Both the position numbers and the translations under genes were made by a program. This document shows positions 61,476-64,000 of a stretch of 64,000 nt of DNA, piece after piece. Below the pieces are notes generated by a model. It worked only from the letters and a program-made list of their open reading frames with translations. It was not told the origin of the DNA and made no database searches. Position 1 is the first letter of the stretch, and each line of letters starts with the position of its first letter. This stretch comes from Candidatus Kerfeldbacteria bacterium. GTDB lineage: Bacteria; Patescibacteriota; Patescibacteriia; UBA9570; XYC2-FULL-38-9. The DNA lies in contig JACPGJ010000008.1 in NCBI GenBank assembly GCA_016182555.1, forward strand, positions 532,753 to 596,752, written 5' to 3'.

Positions 61476-62139
61476 CGGTACCCGTCATCGAAGTGTGAAT
61501 ATTGCAACGATATGTATATGTTCCTGGGGTATCAAAGGTAAATTCGTAGGTGTCGCCTTGGGCTAGGTTGCCACTATTCAAGTCTCCCCCATCTGTACTG
61601 GTGACGGTGTGCGTGGAAGAATCGTTATTCGTCCAAGTCACGGTAGAGCCAGCCGCAATCGTAAGGCTTGCCGGTGTGAACGCGAAATCTTCAATCGCAA
61701 TAGATTCAGTCGTGATGTCCAACTCATCTCCGGAATCATCTGTAGCATCTTGATCGTTGGTGTCATCCTCGTCAGTCACAAATGACAAAATTTCTGACCA
61801 TTCCCCTTCTTGTTTGTCATCGATAATCCCACGTACTTTCAATTTATAACGTTTACCCGGCTTCAATTTTTTAATCGTTTTCTTCGTAGTATTAGAATAA
61901 AGAGTGCGTAACTTCTTTTTATGTTTATTCATTAAATAAATTTGATAGCCACTGACATCATCCACCGCTGTCCATTGCAAAATGATTTTTTTCTTGAATG
62001 TATCTTTGAGTGAAACGCCTGTTACTTGTGCAATAACCGAGGTGGTGTGTTCCTGGTCATTCTGCGCATACGTTGCCCCGGCGCCGAATACTGCCACCGC
62101 GATACTCATGGTAAGCAAAAACTTTTTCATATAAAGCAT
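61462..62139 (-). CDS. secreted FN3-domain plus cupredoxin (plastocyanin/amicyanin-like) copper protein
   Basis: Signal peptide; FN3 (QWTAVDDVSGYQIY...YKLKVRGI); acidic linker; cupredoxin ligands H...C-x2-H-x3-M (THTVTS...YRCNIHTSMTG). Confidence 0.7.
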   Translation of the reverse strand: MLYMKKFLLTMSIAVAVFGAGATYAQNDQEHTTSVIAQVTGVSLKDTFKKKIILQWTAVDDVSGYQIYLMNKHKKKLRTLYSNTTKKTIKKLKPGKRYKLKVRGIIDDKQEGEWSEILSFVTDEDDTNDQDATDDSGDELDITTESIAIEDFAFTPASLTIAAGSTVTWTNNDSSTHTVTSTDGGDLNSGNLAQGDTYEFTFDTPGTYTYRCNIHTSMTGTVIVE

Positions 62140-62208
62140 GGGTTAATAGCAAATCAATTTTCATTAAGTATATCACACTATCACCGCCTGAATAGATAAA
62201 ATACTCAA

Positions 62209-63642
62209 TTACTGTTCTCGCAGAACCTTCACCGGATCAATTTTTGCCGCACGACTCATGGGCAAGAGTGAAGCAAACAGTGCGATACCAATAGTCACGA
62301 TATAGAAAACCAGTAAGGCAACCACGGGAAAACCGATAAAAATAAATTTTGGTGACGGCACATCGTAGGATGTTCCGACAATGGAGACAAAGTAAAACAT
62401 CTTTTCTCCCCATTTCAACGACGTAATAATGGCCAATATGTAGGCGATGCTTAAACCAACACCATACCCGAGACTACTGAGTATCCAAGAATAGATGAGA
62501 TAAATTTTACGAATATCTTTTTTCTGCGCGCCCACGGCACGGAACACCCCAATCTCCTGTTTACTGTCGACAATAATTTTACCGAGCGTGGTCATCAAAA
62601 ACAATGCAGAAGTCACCAGAAAGAACCCACCAATACCGTATGCCACGCGACGGAAAAATTTAAACCCTTCTTGCAACATTTCATACGGACCATACATCGG
62701 CATGACAAATGTTTCCAGTGATTGTTGGTGCGCTTTCACAAATGCATCACGTTGTTCTTTGGTATCAAATTCATACACCAAATTGTTTTCGGAATTTTTG
62801 AAAAACTGTTTCATGTTGTCCTGTGCATCCAATGCCCAATTGGGGATGATAAAATTATACCCCGGATAATATCCACCGATACTAAAAAGGTTCGATTTTG
62901 CAATACCCACCACTATAACCTGAACATCGGTCAGCTCCGTGGTATTTTGTTCATCTGAACCATCGGCATATTTCACCACTCCCAAGGTAAAGGTTTGGCC
63001 AATATATGCTGGGGCATATTGTTGAATCGCCTCGTATTGATCTTTTGGATCAGGCAGAGAAAAACCCTGCGCTCCTTTTTCTGCACCTAAAATAAACGAA
63101 GAAGGAATAATAATCGGAATTTTTCCTTCATAATTATTGTCAAAAGAATATCCGTCATATATTGCATCTGTCACAAAGAGTGAGTCACTGGAAGAAATAT
63201 TTGTTGCGCTACGATTATATTTTGTCAGATCAAACTTCTCCCCACTGAATGTAAAACCAAACCGGCTGACCGTATGGCTAACATATACCTGCTTCACGCC
63301 TTCTGCTGTATACTTCTCCAGATACTGTTCCGGATGTACTTCCTTATCTGTTGTATTTTGCTCTGTATTCACATATTGTTCAGGTACTGGTGACCCGGGC
63401 ATTCCTCCTAAAAAAACCGCTCCCCCTAATTGCTCAGAAGCAAATGATCGACTGGCAAGCGAATCACGAAACAGATCTTTCGCAAAATGCATAATGCCAC
63501 CACTGAACACCACCAAGGTTAGAATAATAATACTACCAATGGAAAGAGAAAGCGCTGCAAAAATAGTTCGCACGCGGCGAGTTTTGAATTTTGTACGAGT
63601 GAGTTGTACGGCGTCTTGAAATCGAATCATGGGGTTATGCAT
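62209..63642 (-). CDS. MacB/FtsX-type ABC transporter permease with a large periplasmic domain
   Basis: N-terminal TM, about 250 aa extracytoplasmic domain and three C-terminal TM helices. Confidence 0.8.
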   Translation of the reverse strand: MHNPMIRFQDAVQLTRTKFKTRRVRTIFAALSLSIGSIIILTLVVFSGGIMHFAKDLFRDSLASRSFASEQLGGAVFLGGMPGSPVPEQYVNTEQNTTDKEVHPEQYLEKYTAEGVKQVYVSHTVSRFGFTFSGEKFDLTKYNRSATNISSSDSLFVTDAIYDGYSFDNNYEGKIPIIIPSSFILGAEKGAQGFSLPDPKDQYEAIQQYAPAYIGQTFTLGVVKYADGSDEQNTTELTDVQVIVVGIAKSNLFSIGGYYPGYNFIIPNWALDAQDNMKQFFKNSENNLVYEFDTKEQRDAFVKAHQQSLETFVMPMYGPYEMLQEGFKFFRRVAYGIGGFFLVTSALFLMTTLGKIIVDSKQEIGVFRAVGAQKKDIRKIYLIYSWILSSLGYGVGLSIAYILAIITSLKWGEKMFYFVSIVGTSYDVPSPKFIFIGFPVVALLVFYIVTIGIALFASLLPMSRAAKIDPVKVLREQ

Positions 63643-64000
63643 TAGTCGTTACAATCTGTCCGTCCGCCAGTTGAATGATACGGTCTGCTTGTGAAGCCAC
63701 ATGGGAATCGTGTGTGACAATAATAAACGTGGTGTTGAATTCTTTATTCAGTTTTTTGATCAACTCCAAAATTTCGTCACCCGTTTTTTCATCCAGGTTA
63801 CCGGTTGGTTCGTCCGCGAGCACAATTTCTGGTTTGTGTACGAGTGCTCGGGCAATAGCAACACGTTGCATCTGTCCGCCACTTAACTGGTTCGGCAAAC
63901 GCTGTAGCATGTCCCCCAATCCCACGGTCTCCAACGCTTCTTTGGCACTCTGTTCGCGGGTGTTTTTTTCCACGCCCTGAAATATCAGCGGAATCTGCAC
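63635..64000 (-). CDS. ABC transporter ATP-binding protein (MacB/LolD-like), partial; N-terminus beyond the right edge
   Basis: ABC signature LSGGQMQRVAIARAL, Walker B ILLADEPTGNLD and an H-loop. Overlaps the permease start by 8 nt. Confidence 0.85.
   Translation of the reverse strand: MQIPLIFQGVEKNTREQSAKEALETVGLGDMLQRLPNQLSGGQMQRVAIARALVHKPEIVLADEPTGNLDEKTGDEILELIKKLNKEFNTTFIIVTHDSHVASQADRIIQLADGQIVTTNA

Overview
This 64 kb window comes from a compact, AT-leaning bacterial genome (about 42-45% GC, with little intergenic space) and holds about 55 protein genes plus one tRNA. No rRNA, CRISPR array, transposase or integrase was seen. The type IV pili and the Elp3/Trm9 pair suggest, though do not prove, a Patescibacteria/CPR-like organism.

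The dominant feature is a roughly 12 kb minus-strand type IV pilus locus (9521-23514). It encodes PilM, PilN and PilO homologues, an FN3-domain membrane protein, the assembly ATPase PilB, a PilT-like paralogue with all four ATPase motifs substituted, the platform protein PilC, the major pilin PilA, a terminator hairpin, the prepilin peptidase PilD, three prepilin-type minor pilins, a PilX-like protein and an upstream secreted protein with repeated SGW motifs.

Housekeeping genes recognised by family signatures are ndk, gatC, gatA, ligA, ychF, folD, glyA, trpS, murD, gpmI, a phosphoglucomutase/phosphomannomutase, rnj, secG, a PfkB kinase and tRNA-Leu(CAG).

Accessory content:
- a CSLREA-motif beta-helix surface protein;
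- a Fic/Doc-like protein with a substituted catalytic motif, preceded by palindromic operator-like repeats;
- an ECF-type sigma factor carrying five tandem sigma-4 HTH modules;
- a 1.4 kb GC-rich island (about 60% GC) carrying a HAD hydrolase gene, and a second GC-rich gene encoding an FG-GAP repeat protein;
- an AbiEi/AbiEii abortive-infection pair next to two paralogous AAA+ (DUF4143) ATPases;
- a divergent bacterial Elp3 and Trm9-like methyltransferase pair sharing a CATATG start hexamer;
- a GT2 plus GT-C glycosyltransferase pair, and a separate GT87-like membrane protein;
- an FN3-cupredoxin secreted protein;
- a MacB/FtsX-type ABC exporter at the right edge.

All functional calls rest on motif recognition in the translated ORFs; none was confirmed by a database search.
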